Origin: an uncultured Bacteroidota bacterium
GTDB lineage: Bacteria > Bacteroidota > Ignavibacteria > Kryptoniales > JAKASW01
Assembly: GCA_963790995.1 (NCBI GenBank)
Contig: CAWBQQ010000001.1
Location: 2,911,380-2,975,379 of the forward strand
Direction: 5' to 3'
Length of the DNA: 64,000 nt
A program made the translations under genes and the position numbers. Below, one piece after another: positions 21,627 to 32,153 of this stretch. The stretch's first letter is position 1. Each line of letters begins with the position of its first letter. The notes under the pieces are model-generated. The model ran no database searches and had not been told where the DNA came from. It was given only the letters and a program-made list of their open reading frames with translations.

Positions 21627-22910
21627 ATGAACATTTTTGTGTTGAACTGTGGCAGCTCGTCGCTGAAATACAAGATGATCTCGATGCCTTCTGGAGAGGA
21701 AATAATTGAAGGTGAAGTTCAGAGGATCGGCTGTAAAACTGCGGAACCGTCAAGCATAGTTCATCGCAGGTCAGGAATGGAAGAGATCCATGAAGCGAGG
21801 GTGCGCAGTCACAAGGAGGCATTCTCGGAAGTCATGAGGATCACGAAAAACGACACAAGCCTTCTGCCCGATGTTTTTGCGCACAGATTAGTAAAGGGGG
21901 GGGCAGAATTTCCTTCAAGCACCATTCTAAAAGAAGATGATTTGGAATTACTGGATAAAATAGGAGACCTTGCGCCCATACACAATCCGCCGGCCGTCGA
22001 GATGATAAGGGAATCTGCTCGAATGCATCCCGGCGTTCCGCAAGTAATGGTGTTGGACACGGCGTTTCATGCGACCATCCCCGATTATGCTTATACCTAT
22101 CCGCTTCCAAAGAGTATCAGGCAGGAATTAGGAATAAGGAAGTACGGCTTCCATGGGATCAGCCATCGGTATGTTACACGCGAAACGGCTGAGTTCCTGC
22201 ATATCCCCATCGAAGAACTGAACGCCGTTAGCTGTCATCTCGGGACGGGCGGCGCCAGTCTCTGCGCCGTGGTCAACGGTAAATCGGTGGATAACTCGAT
22301 GGGATTCTCACCGCTGCAAGGACTCGTTATGAGCACGCGATGCGGCGACCTCGACCCCGCTGTCATACTGAAAATGATCGCTTATTATGCAGGCGACTAC
22401 TCGAAAGTAAACAAGATATTGAACAAGGGGAGCGGCATCCTAGGTTTGTCCGGTAAATCGTCAGACATTAGGGACGTCATTGAAAGAGCGGCGGAAACGT
22501 CCGATGTGCGATCACAAATGGCGCTCGACGTTTATCTGTGGAGGATCAGGAAATACCTGGGCGCGTATTTGACAGTGGTCGGTCGTGCCGACGTGGTAAT
22601 CTTCACGGACACGATTGGCGAATCGATTCCTTACGTCCGCGAAGCTGTGTGCCGCAACATGGATTTCTTCGGCATTAAGCTTGACGAGTTTAAGAACATG
22701 ACTATCTCCGGCTCTCCGGCTGACGTTGCCGTTGCCGATAGCAAGGTGCACATCTTGGTAGTAAAGACCAATGAAGAACTGGAAATTGCAAGGCAGGCAT
22801 TTGAACTCATGGAGTCCGGCGACATCCGGAGAGACGAGACATTCGTTGAATCATATGATCAGAGAAATGCAGAAAGCGCCGATGAGAAGATTAGTTGTTC
22901 TAATTCCTGA
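21627..22910 (+). CDS. ackA: acetate (propionate) kinase
   Basis: Motifs VLNCGSSSLKY, HRLVKGG, APIHNPP, VLDTAFH, YGFHGISH, STRCGDLDP and FTDTIGES. A C-terminal extension of about 30 aa is present. Confidence 0.85.
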   Translation: MNIFVLNCGSSSLKYKMISMPSGEEIIEGEVQRIGCKTAEPSSIVHRRSGMEEIHEARVRSHKEAFSEVMRITKNDTSLLPDVFAHRLVKGGAEFPSSTILKEDDLELLDKIGDLAPIHNPPAVEMIRESARMHPGVPQVMVLDTAFHATIPDYAYTYPLPKSIRQELGIRKYGFHGISHRYVTRETAEFLHIPIEELNAVSCHLGTGGASLCAVVNGKSVDNSMGFSPLQGLVMSTRCGDLDPAVILKMIAYYAGDYSKVNKILNKGSGILGLSGKSSDIRDVIERAAETSDVRSQMALDVYLWRIRKYLGAYLTVVGRADVVIFTDTIGESIPYVREAVCRNMDFFGIKLDEFKNMTISGSPADVAVADSKVHILVVKTNEELEIARQAFELMESGDIRRDETFVESYDQRNAESADEKISCSNS

Positions 22911-23961
22911 AGGCTTTTTCGTGGATTGTTTCGTGTACTTGCTGGACCGGCCGTCGCCTTGCGACTTGAAGGAATCCTGCAGGCTAGTAAGGAGCACCAG
23001 GATAAAATTCAGAGGTCGGGAAGTCTCCGATGAAGGTATCCGGAAGTTAATCGATAGGTACAGACCCGAGGCTGTAGCGATAAAGATACTGTACGGTGGC
23101 GAAGAGTTCAGGGGAAGTGAGATATATGATAGATCGCTCCTCGGGAAATTGGAGAAGCTTATTCCTCAATCTCCGCTCCATGTCCCGGTCGCGATCAAGC
23201 TAATAAAGCTGCTGGAAAGAACGGTTCCCACACCGGAGATCCGATTGCATTTCGACACTGCCTTCTTCGTTGACTTGCCCATGCAAGAGCAGACGTACGC
23301 GCTTGACGAGGAAATGCCCGGACTGCCTGAGGGGTCTTTCGGCGCAGTGCGGAGGTTTGGATACCACGGGCTGTACCACCGTGCAGCGTCGGGGAAGATC
23401 GCAGAGGAGCACATGAATATGAGACGCATTTTGTCGATATGTTTGGAGCCTGTGCCTGAGGTAGTTGCAATCTACGATGGCAAGCCCATAATGGTGACCA
23501 GCGGTTCGACACCATTGGAAGGATTGCCGGGAAACACGACCTGTGGAGAGATCGATCCGGGGATCATTCTGCTGATCGAAGAGAAAAAGAACATGGGACC
23601 TGAGATGATCAATGAAATGCTCACGAGACAAAGCGGTCTGACGGCCATGGCAGGCGAACGCGTCACGATCGATGAAATATTCGCCGGCGGCAACAAATAC
23701 GAAGGGACAAGAAATCTGCTTGAGTATAGGATACTCTTGAGCTGCGGCTCGGCAATAGGATTGATGAGAGGATTGGACGCGATTGTTTTCTCGGGTAGAT
23801 ATGTTGAAGCGGCTGCAAAATTGTCGGAGTGGTTAATTCCGAAATTAGTCAAGCCTTCAATCGACACGATCAAGCCTCTTGTTTTCACCATGCGGAATTC
23901 GGTGGACCGGATAATTGCTGAAGAATACTTTGGCTCAAAGTCAGTAAGAATGGCTGGCTGA
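22867..23961 (+). CDS. divergent acetate-kinase-like protein lacking the N-terminal phosphate-binding motif
   Basis: It retains HFDTAFF, FGYHGLYH, TPLEGL..CGEIDPG and IVFSG, but has VVLIPEGFFVD where NxGSSSxK should be. The start could be ATG 22867 or 22882, both of which overlap the ackA 3' end. Confidence 0.55.
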   Translation: MQKAPMRRLVVLIPEGFFVDCFVYLLDRPSPCDLKESCRLVRSTRIKFRGREVSDEGIRKLIDRYRPEAVAIKILYGGEEFRGSEIYDRSLLGKLEKLIPQSPLHVPVAIKLIKLLERTVPTPEIRLHFDTAFFVDLPMQEQTYALDEEMPGLPEGSFGAVRRFGYHGLYHRAASGKIAEEHMNMRRILSICLEPVPEVVAIYDGKPIMVTSGSTPLEGLPGNTTCGEIDPGIILLIEEKKNMGPEMINEMLTRQSGLTAMAGERVTIDEIFAGGNKYEGTRNLLEYRILLSCGSAIGLMRGLDAIVFSGRYVEAAAKLSEWLIPKLVKPSIDTIKPLVFTMRNSVDRIIAEEYFGSKSVRMAG

Positions 23962-24355
23962 GTTTTAGTTCTATGGTTATCGGCGGATTGGAACCAACGA
24001 ATGGCGAAGGACTCGATCTTTTCATTTCGTTAGGTCGAGAGTTCCGACGACGGTGACCGTGGCGCCTATCATCTATTTGTTCCACCTCCTTCATTAGGTA
24101 GACAGGATACCCTCTTCCTGCTTAAGTGTCACAATAATGCATGAAGGAATCGACCTTGCACGCTAAGCGGAGGAAATCTGGCGGATGGCTTCCACATGAA
24201 TATGATTATGCAGGCGCCAAGCAAGATTCCCGAGTTGGATTAAATGGCAACCCTTTTTAATTTACACGGATTTCGCGGCAACGTTTTCCAGTCTCAATAC
24301 AAGCGGACTGTTCGCCGGCGATAGGTTGTTAACTAAATCAACAGGAGGAATTACA

Positions 24356-24763
24356 ATGAGTGAGTTCGGACAAAATTTCGGCAGGTTACTTCTTCGGATT
24401 ACCATCGGCGGCTTACTGCTGTTCCATGGTGTATCGAAACTGATTCACGGCGTGGCATGGATGCAAGGGCCGTTAGCTGCATCCCATTTGCCGGGGTTTA
24501 TTGCATACGGAGTATATATCGGTGAAGTTGCTGCGCCGATTTTGATTATTCTTGGAATCTGGACGAGACCCGCTGCGCTCGTAATTGCTTTCGATCTGTT
24601 TATGGCTATTGTGCTTGTGTCGCACACAAGAATGTCGTCCGTCGGTCCCGCTGGGGGATGGGGAATCGAATTGGATGCGTTTTATCTTCTCACCGCGCTG
24701 GTACTCTTCTTTATCGGCGCCGGAAGACTTAGTGTGACCGGCGCTAATGGGAAGTGGAATTGA
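24356..24763 (+). CDS. DoxX-family membrane protein
   Basis: Four predicted TM helices and an LLLRITIGGLLLFHGVSKL block. The start is moved to ATG 24356, behind AGGAGG. Confidence 0.7.
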   Translation: MSEFGQNFGRLLLRITIGGLLLFHGVSKLIHGVAWMQGPLAASHLPGFIAYGVYIGEVAAPILIILGIWTRPAALVIAFDLFMAIVLVSHTRMSSVGPAGGWGIELDAFYLLTALVLFFIGAGRLSVTGANGKWN

Positions 24764-25017
24764 ATAACGGTTGGCTTTCGGCATTCGCCTTCGTTTTGCT
24801 GAAAGCCAATTCTTGAATATTAACTCTTCGCGAAGATTTTAAGCACGCGATACTGGAAAAAGATATTTTACAGTCAGACTTTAAGATTACTCGTATGTTG
24901 AATAATCTTTTGCGCTTTTAAAACGGGCAGTATCTTAGAATTGCCTTTGGAAGAATCCTCTGTAGAATAAAAACCTTGCTTTTGTGGATTCTCCCACTTT
25001 GATCGCTCGAATGATTA

Positions 25018-25230
25018 CTTGACGTGGTGTAGGATTCTCTCATCCAGGAGGCGATGCTGGGGTTGCTAAAAGGGGGAACGGCATTCAACGTGGCACATAG
25101 TGAATCTACAATCCGAAATGTGAACCATATTCTGGCAATGAAGAACGGTGAAAATGTGGAATCTGGAACCCACGATGAGCGAATGAACGCCGCCGACGAG
25201 TTTTCTGAATACAGATTGCTGCAGCAGTAG
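25018..25230 (+). pseudogene. C-terminal remnant of an ABC exporter ATPase domain
   Basis: The translation LDVV*DSLIQEAMLGLLKGGTAFNVAHSESTIRNVNHILAMKNGENVESGTHDERM..YRLLQQ* matches the D-loop to C-terminus of MsbA-like ATPases (..LD..SE..IQEAL....T.I.IAHRLSTI..AD.I.V...G.I.E.GTH.EL). There is an in-frame TAG at 25030-25032 and no intact upstream part. Confidence 0.45.
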
Positions 25231-25318
25231 ATTAGTCATGACGCTCTGACGCTTTTAATTTCTTGCGTAACAATTGTCTTTTGTCCCACGTACTATAACT
25301 GTGAATCAAGGTTGACAA

Positions 25319-25519
25319 ATGTTATACTTATTAGCTTTTATACTTCCCCCGGTTGCAGTTCTCCTTAGCGGCAAACCGATTCAAGCGTTATTGAATTTTT
25401 TCCTGTGTTTCCTTTTATGGATTCCTGCGGTTATTCACGCGCTTCTTGTGGTTCATGACCACCATGAAGATAAGCGGACAAGGAGAATTGTTAGAGCAAT
25501 AAACAAGAGTCGGACTTGA
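25319..25519 (+). CDS. Pmp3/YqaE-family small membrane protein
   Basis: 66 aa with two TM helices and the pattern ILPPVAVLL......LNFFLCFLLWIPAVIHAL. Confidence 0.7.
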   Translation: MLYLLAFILPPVAVLLSGKPIQALLNFFLCFLLWIPAVIHALLVVHDHHEDKRTRRIVRAINKSRT

Positions 25520-25645
25520 TAAAGAAGGACCACTTAAAATTTAACATTGACTCGCTCGTAATTGGAAATTGTACCGAATAATCAATATTGATCTGATATA
25601 TAGGTCAGTCTTAGTTAAGCAAGATTTATTTAATGAAGAAATCGC

Positions 25646-25774
25646 TTGACAAAGTGAGATCTGGGAGCTAAATTAGAAACGACTTAAACGAATATCGTTT
25701 CCTACGTCTCTTATGCAGCAAAACGCTGCATTTTTTAGGCTTTGATTGGAAACGATATAAACTAAAATCGTTTC
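25646..25774 (+). promoter_or_regulatory. tetR-efflux leader: sigma-70-type promoter, two GAAACGA(T)/(A)TCGTTTC inverted repeats and a terminator-like hairpin
   Basis: The promoter is TTGACA (25646-25651), a 17-nt spacer and TAAATT (25669-25674). IR1 is GAAACGA-N12-TCGTTTC at 25676-25701. The hairpin ATGCAGC-aaaac-GCTGCAT plus T6 lies at 25713-25736. IR2 is GAAACGAT-N10-ATCGTTTC at 25749-25774. Confidence 0.45.
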
Positions 25775-25795
25775 GTTCGTAAAGGAAGGATCGAA

Positions 25796-26491
25796 ATGTC
25801 AAACGACGAAAAACAGAAATTAGAAGGATCCACCACGAAAGCATCTGCCGATGAGAAGGAGAAAATGGAGAAAATTCTCAAGAAGGCGGAAGATATGTTC
25901 CTTCAGCATGGCTATTCAAAAGTAACCATGGAAGAAATAGCCTCCGGTCTTGCTATGAGCAAGAAAACACTCTATAGGTTTTTCGCGAACAAAAAAGAGG
26001 TGCTTCGTACCCTGATGACCGAAAGACAGTGCGAGATACTGGAACGCATTGATGAGATTTGGAAAGATAAAAATCTGGACTTTATCGGCAAGTACAGGGT
26101 TATGGTGGATTTCATAAGCGAACGCTCGTCAAGGATCAACAAATTTCAGGATCTTCAGCGGAGCGAGCCGGAGTTGTGGAGGGAGATGCACGAATTCAAG
26201 CAAGGAAAAATATTCGAGAAGGCTCGAAGCCTCTTTAAAGCCGGGTTTGAAGCGGGTATTTTCAGGAGCGATATAGATGAGGATATCGTGATCATGGTCT
26301 ATATGAGCGCCGTGGAGTCGATCGTCAATCCGGAAGCGCTCTCTGAACTTCCGTGCACGGGGGGGCAGGCTTTCGAAGCGATTTCAAAAATAGTATTTGA
26401 GGGAATCCTTACTGAAGAAGGAAGAAGAAGGTACGTCTCTTATGAACCCAATGGAAAACACAGTAATGAAAAAACAGTTGTCGAAAGTTGA
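25796..26491 (+). CDS. TetR/AcrR-family transcriptional regulator
   Basis: The N-terminal HTH block is ILKKAEDMFLQHGYSKVTMEEIASGLAMSKKTLYRFFANKKEVL. The gene sits upstream of the MFP and RND genes. Confidence 0.85.
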   Translation: MSNDEKQKLEGSTTKASADEKEKMEKILKKAEDMFLQHGYSKVTMEEIASGLAMSKKTLYRFFANKKEVLRTLMTERQCEILERIDEIWKDKNLDFIGKYRVMVDFISERSSRINKFQDLQRSEPELWREMHEFKQGKIFEKARSLFKAGFEAGIFRSDIDEDIVIMVYMSAVESIVNPEALSELPCTGGQAFEAISKIVFEGILTEEGRRRYVSYEPNGKHSNEKTVVES

Positions 26492-26724
26492 AGAGCAACA
26501 TTTTGCCGGCTCCGTCTTGACCGACGGCTCATCGGTGATATCGCATGAAGAGTGGAAGATTTCCGGCCCTCGGACAGGTGATGAAATGGAAAACCAAAAC
26601 ACGAAAAGTATCGCATCCGAAAGACAATATATAGATTTCGTTTATTCTGTGTTCAACTTCTGCTACTCGATGATCACGGGAACTGTTGAAAATAAAAATG
26701 AATATTAAAATGTCAAGGTGACAA

Positions 26725-27774
26725 ATGAAAAGATTAAAAGTTTATTCGGTGGTAGCTCTCGCATTTGCCTTGATCGTCGCGGTGCTCCTTCGCAACCGTG
26801 CCCAGATCAAGGCTGAGACGAATAATTTGAACCAAAGCTCATACGCCGTCGGGACGGCCGTTGTCGGGAAGGAAGACATTAGAGATGATCTCGATCTCGT
26901 CGGTACTATAAACGCAAACAACGACGTTCATGTCGTATCTGAAGCATCCGGGAAAGTTGTAAACGTGTTCGCGGGAGTTGGTGACCATGAGCCGGCAGGC
27001 GGTCCGATAGTGCAGCTTGACTATAAGCTCCAGGCGGCGGCGCTGCAGCTTGCGAAAGTCAGTCTCGAAAAGGCAGTGAAAGACTACAAGCGATATCAGC
27101 AGCTATACCAGGAACACTCTGTAACTGATGCCCAACTTGAGAGTGCAGAACTCGCATATCAATCTGCGAACGATCAATTCGTCGTTGCACAACGACAGTA
27201 TAATAACACGAGAATAACGAGTCCCATATCCGGTATTGTTAGCTCCCGAGCGGTTGACCTCGGCGACTATGTGACCCCCGGAATGGTCGTGGCCGAAGTT
27301 GTGGATATATCAAAGCTGAAGGTGACGATAAGTGTCGCGGAACAGAGCATCATGGGTCTCAAAGCTGGCGCGAAAGCTACGATCTCCTCGGACGTGTACC
27401 CGGGGGTCGATTTTTCCGGATTCATAAAATCAATCAGCTCCAAAGCGGATGCTGACCACACTTATCCGGTCGAAGTCAACTTTCCGAACAGCAGGGAGCA
27501 CCCGCTTAAGGCAGGGATGTTTGCTGATGTGCGTTTCATGGATCACACTGTGGAAGATCATTTGGTAATACCGCGGCAGGCGTTAGTGGGAAGTGTCCAG
27601 AACGCTCACGTATTCGTTGTCAAGGACGGTATCGCAACGCTAAGAAACATCGTTATAGGCTCTGCTTACAATGATTATTTGGAGGTCTTGAGCGGACTTG
27701 AAGCCGGAGAAAGCGTCGTGACAAGCGGCCAGGACAATCTGGAGAATAACTACAAAGTTGAAGTCATTAATTAA
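26725..27774 (+). CDS. RND efflux periplasmic adaptor (membrane fusion protein)
   Basis: N-terminal TM/signal, coiled-coil hairpin region and the I.SPISG.V.........G..V block (ITSPISGIVSSRAVDLGDYV). Confidence 0.85.
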   Translation: MKRLKVYSVVALAFALIVAVLLRNRAQIKAETNNLNQSSYAVGTAVVGKEDIRDDLDLVGTINANNDVHVVSEASGKVVNVFAGVGDHEPAGGPIVQLDYKLQAAALQLAKVSLEKAVKDYKRYQQLYQEHSVTDAQLESAELAYQSANDQFVVAQRQYNNTRITSPISGIVSSRAVDLGDYVTPGMVVAEVVDISKLKVTISVAEQSIMGLKAGAKATISSDVYPGVDFSGFIKSISSKADADHTYPVEVNFPNSREHPLKAGMFADVRFMDHTVEDHLVIPRQALVGSVQNAHVFVVKDGIATLRNIVIGSAYNDYLEVLSGLEAGESVVTSGQDNLENNYKVEVIN

Positions 27775-27785
27775 GGTCAAATTCC

Positions 27786-30700
27786 ATGACTATCACTGAA
27801 TTAGCAATAAAGAGGCCGACGCTCGTTGTCGTGGTTTTCGGAGCGCTAGCACTGCTGGGAATCTACAGCCTGTTAAACTTGAACTATGAGCTTCTTCCGA
27901 AGATTACCCCACCGGTACTCACCGTGACGACTGTGTATCCCGGCGCATCACCTGATGAGGTCGAAACCTCGGTGACCAAGGTGCTCGAAGACGCTCTCTC
28001 GTCGCTCGACCAGATTAACAGCATGTCCTCTACTTCGAGCGAAGGTGTCTCATTCGTGATCGTACAGTTCGATCAGTCTGCGGACATAAACACCGAGATC
28101 CAGCAGGCACAGCAGCAGATAGATCAGATTGTAGGCACTCTGCCCGTGGGCGTCAAAACCCCTTCAGTATCTAAGATCGACCTTCAGGCAATACCCATAT
28201 TGAGGCTTGGAGTTACGAGCAACCTCTCTCCAAGAAAATTGTACCAGTTTGTAGTCGACAGGATCCAGCCACAGCTGTCGGAGGTGCCCGGCGTCGGGCT
28301 CGTCACGTTGGTCGGAGGAGTCAAGAGGGAAATTAGAATAAACCTTGACGAAGGGAAGCTGAATGCCTACGGAATCTCGGTCATTAAGGTTCTGAACGCA
28401 ATCAAAACCTCTAATGTCAACTTCCCGACCGGGAAGATTGAAAACAGTCGCAACCAGCTTGTCGTCCGCGTGGCCGGCAAGTTCACGTCGATTGATGCAA
28501 TCAAGAACCTGATCATAAAGAGGTCATCAGACGGCGGCGAAGTGCGGCTCTCGGATGTCGCAGATGTCGAAGACGGGCATAAAGAGTATCAGACAATAAC
28601 GAGGATCAATGGCGTCACTTCGATCGGCGTACTGGTGCAAAAGCAAACAGATGCAAACGAAGTTAATGTCAGCAGACTGGTTCGCCAGGAACTCACCAAC
28701 ATCCAGAATGAGTACAAAGCGGAAAATGTAAAATTCAATATTGCTGACGACGGATCTAAGTTCACGATGGATGCAGCCAACGGAGTGAAGTTTGACCTTA
28801 TGCTCGCGGTCATTTTGGTTGCGGTAGTCATGCTCTTGTTCCTGCACAGCATACGGAATTCATTTATAGTGATGCTTGCAATTCCGGCTTCGATCCTGTC
28901 GACGTTCATTGTAATGTATGCACTGGGCTTCAGCCTTAACTTGATGACGCTGCTCGGCCTCTCTCTCGTCGTTGGAATACTCGTGGACGATTCCATTGTG
29001 GTCATCGAGAACATACATCACCATCTCGAAAAGCGAGAAGAGCCGCGAGCGGCAGCGGTGAATGGGAGAAATGAGATCGGTTTTGCAGCTCTTTCAATAA
29101 CGACTGTGGATGTGGTAATTTATGTGCCGCTTGCCATGACCGGCGGACTTGTCGGGAATATCATCAGAGAATTCGCGTTGGTCGTGGTGATTTCCACTTT
29201 GATGAGCCTTTTCGTTTCGTTCACCGTTACCCCGCTTCTGGCTTCAAGGATCAGCAAACTAGAAAGAATGACCGACGGCACTCTGACAGGGAAATTCGCC
29301 ATCGGGTTCGAAAAGTATTTTCGATCGTTAATTGCACGGTATATCAATTTGCTGAAATGGAGCCTCCATAACCGCTGGAAGGTAATTGCGCTTTCTGCCG
29401 CCCTATTCTTCGTTTCGCTCTCGCTCGCTCCTTTCGGCTTCATAGGCGCAGAATTCATCCCCCAGACCGACATGGGGAAATTTGCAGTCATTCTGAACAT
29501 GCCCCCGGACTACACGGTTCAGCAGACGAATTTGGTAACGGCAAAAGTGGAAAACTACGTGAATGCCCTTCCCGAGGTTAAAAATGATTTTGTCCAGGTC
29601 GGCCTATCGAGCGAGGGTTTTATCGGTCTTGCTTCAAACCACAACTCAGAACTGGACGTCGAATTAGTGCCGAAAGACGAGAGGAAGCATTCAACGGAAC
29701 AGGTTGGTCAACAGATCAAGCAATTCGCTGAACAGATCCCGGGAGTTCGCGTGCGCGTGAATCCTATCGGGTTGTTCGGAACAGCGAACTCTAGCCCGAT
29801 ACAACTCATAGTTAACGGTCCAACGCGCGCTGATGTTCTCAGCTCCGCTGAGGTTTTAGAAAATGTTGTCAAATCCATTTCGGGCACCTCCAACGTTCCG
29901 GCTTTCGACTGATCTGTCAAATCCTGAAATGCGTGTAACGATAGATCGGCAGAAGCTTGCCGCCTTCGGACTTTCGATTGCGGACATCGGTGCTGCTCTG
30001 CAAGTTGCAATGCAGGGAAACGACGATGCGAAGTTCACCGATGGCGGAGACGATTACGACATCATGGTGTCGCTGGACAAATTCGATCGGTCCAAGATAT
30101 CCGATCTTACGCAGATGACATTCATCAACGACAAAAGTCAGAAGATTCAGCTGCAGCAATTCGCGAGAGTGTATCAATCCACCGGACCATCGGTGCTTCA
30201 ACGCTTCGACCGTATCAGTTCGGTGACAGTGTACTCGCAGGTCATCGGCCGTCCGGTCGGAACAGTCGGGCAGGAGATAAAGGATGCGATGGCAAAGAAA
30301 AATCTTCCGCCCGGGGTAAGCATTACCTACTGGGGAGATCTCAAGCAGCAGTCGGACGCCTTTAGTAGTCTCGGGATTGCCATTATCGCAGCAATAATAT
30401 TCGTCTATCTGGTCCTGGTCGCACTTTACGATTCATACCTCGACCCGATGGTGATTCTCTTCTCGATACCTGTCGCCATGGTCGGTGCATTCTTGACACT
30501 CGCATTGACTATGAACTCCCTGAACATATTTACCATACTAGGGATAATAATGTTGATCGGCCTCGTGGGCAAGAACGCGATCCTGCTTGTCAACAGAACG
30601 AATCAAAAGAAAAGAGAAGAAGGATTGTCCACTTTTGATGCACTCATTGAAGCCGGTGAGAGCAGGATCAGGCCGATTGTCATGACCACCACGGCCATGG

Positions 30701-30930
30701 TTCTCGGCATGCTTCCACTTGCACTGGCAAACGACGCAGCTTCGGAATTCAAATCAGGTCTTGCGTGGGCGATAATAGGCGGTCTTCTCAGCTCCATGTT
30801 CCTGACATTGGTTCTTGTTCCGGTGGTTTATGCATTAGTTGAAAGGGTGCAATTGAGAGTTAAGGTGTTTTTCGGAAGAAAAGAGAAAGGAGCTGTTGCC
30901 GAATTTCAATCTGAGGCCGTGTCTAAATGA
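27786..30930 (+). pseudogene. RND (AcrB/CzcA-family) efflux pump, split by an apparent 1-nt insertion near 29895-29901
   Basis: ORFs 27786-29912 and 29863-30930 are the N- and C-terminal parts of one protein of about 1045 aa. The frames join as ..ISGTSNV|RLSTDLSNPEMRVTIDRQKLAAFGLS.. at the sequence gttCCGGct. Confidence 0.85.
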
Positions 30931-30949
30931 ATTCCTTCGGAAAGGATCG

Positions 30950-31819
30950 ATGGACGTAAATAGATACATGGAACGGCTGGGCATCGTCGAAGATATGGCT
31001 CACTGGAGAGAGAGCTTTGTTCCAGACCTGGAACATTTGCGGCTGTTGCAGCGAAAACATATCTTTGAAGTGCCTTTCGAGAATATCGACATCTATTATG
31101 GAATCCCGGTAGAATATTCGGTTGAAGCTTTTTACAAAAAGATCGTTACCAGGAATAGAGGCGGCTATTGCTACGAACTCAACGGTTTGTTCTATTGGCT
31201 GCTTACTTCTCTCGGCTATGGCACGACTCTTATCTCGGGCCTTGTAATGGGGAAGAAGGAATACATAACCGAGTTTGAGCACATGGCGATAATAGTCGAT
31301 GTGGATGGCAGTAAGTGGCTCGTCGATGTGGGGTTCGGCGACAGTTCGTGGATCCCGGTGCGGCTTGTCCCGGGCAAGATTCAAAACGACAATTTATCAG
31401 GAAGCCAGTATGCGGGACGCGATTACCGGATCATAGAAGACATTATAGTCGATGGCAAGAATTGCATGAGTTTTGAAAAGTGGAATAAAGGGACTCAATC
31501 CTTCGTGACATTATACTCTTTTACGCTTGAGCGGAGAGCTATTGACTACTTTATGCTCATGCATGAGTACCAGGAAATGGTTCCGACTGCATATTATAAA
31601 GAGAATCTTTTATGCAGCCTCCCGACACGCAAAGGAAGAATCAGCGTCATTAATAATCGGCTAATTGAAACAACGAACGGGACAAAGAGAATTAAAAAGA
31701 TCGAAAACTCAAAAGAACAAGTTCGGCTCTTCAGGAAGATTTTCCGTTTGGACGTATCGATTCACGCCACCTCGAAGTTCGTCGATGCGCACAGGCAGAG
31801 ATCGCTCGGCGTGCGTTAA
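30950..31819 (+). CDS. arylamine N-acetyltransferase
   Basis: It has the VPFENIDI block and the catalytic-Cys block RGGYCYELNGLF. The start is moved to ATG 30950, downstream of the RND stop. Confidence 0.8.
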   Translation: MDVNRYMERLGIVEDMAHWRESFVPDLEHLRLLQRKHIFEVPFENIDIYYGIPVEYSVEAFYKKIVTRNRGGYCYELNGLFYWLLTSLGYGTTLISGLVMGKKEYITEFEHMAIIVDVDGSKWLVDVGFGDSSWIPVRLVPGKIQNDNLSGSQYAGRDYRIIEDIIVDGKNCMSFEKWNKGTQSFVTLYSFTLERRAIDYFMLMHEYQEMVPTAYYKENLLCSLPTRKGRISVINNRLIETTNGTKRIKKIENSKEQVRLFRKIFRLDVSIHATSKFVDAHRQRSLGVR

Positions 31820-32153
31820 GGAGGAATTGTTGGCGGAGCCGATTCATTCTTAATCGACACCGAAATGCAGCAGCGATAAGATTTTCCCTTTCCCGGATTC
31901 CGGTAGTGACTCTTATTCACACCCCCGTGCAAATCTTGCCGACGCTTTCTCAGTAGAACTTGAGAAAATAGTGGCTTTGGACGACTTGCCACGGAAAACC
32001 TTCGCAAGATTTGCCTGGATTCCGGAAATGAGTCATGACCGAAATTCCTTATTCCTTTGAGAATCCATTATTGAAGATTATATTTTCATTCGCCGAAGGG
32101 CTACTTCGGATAAGAAGTTTTTGTGAGCTATTCATAACACAGAGAGTTTGTCG

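Noticed and set aside
22771-22866. The 5' extension of the acetate-kinase-like ORF (MKNWKLQGRHLNSW...), overlapping ackA by 140 nt.
   Set aside because: The overlap lies over the conserved ackA C-terminus in another frame. AckA-family similarity begins only at ..RRLVVLIPEG.., so ATG 22867 or 22882 is preferred.
26397-26708. A 103-aa ORF that overlaps the tetR 3' end and fills the gap before the MFP gene.
   Set aside because: It has no recognisable motif or convincing RBS and begins inside tetR in another frame. A shorter version (ATG 26442) cannot be excluded but is unsupported.
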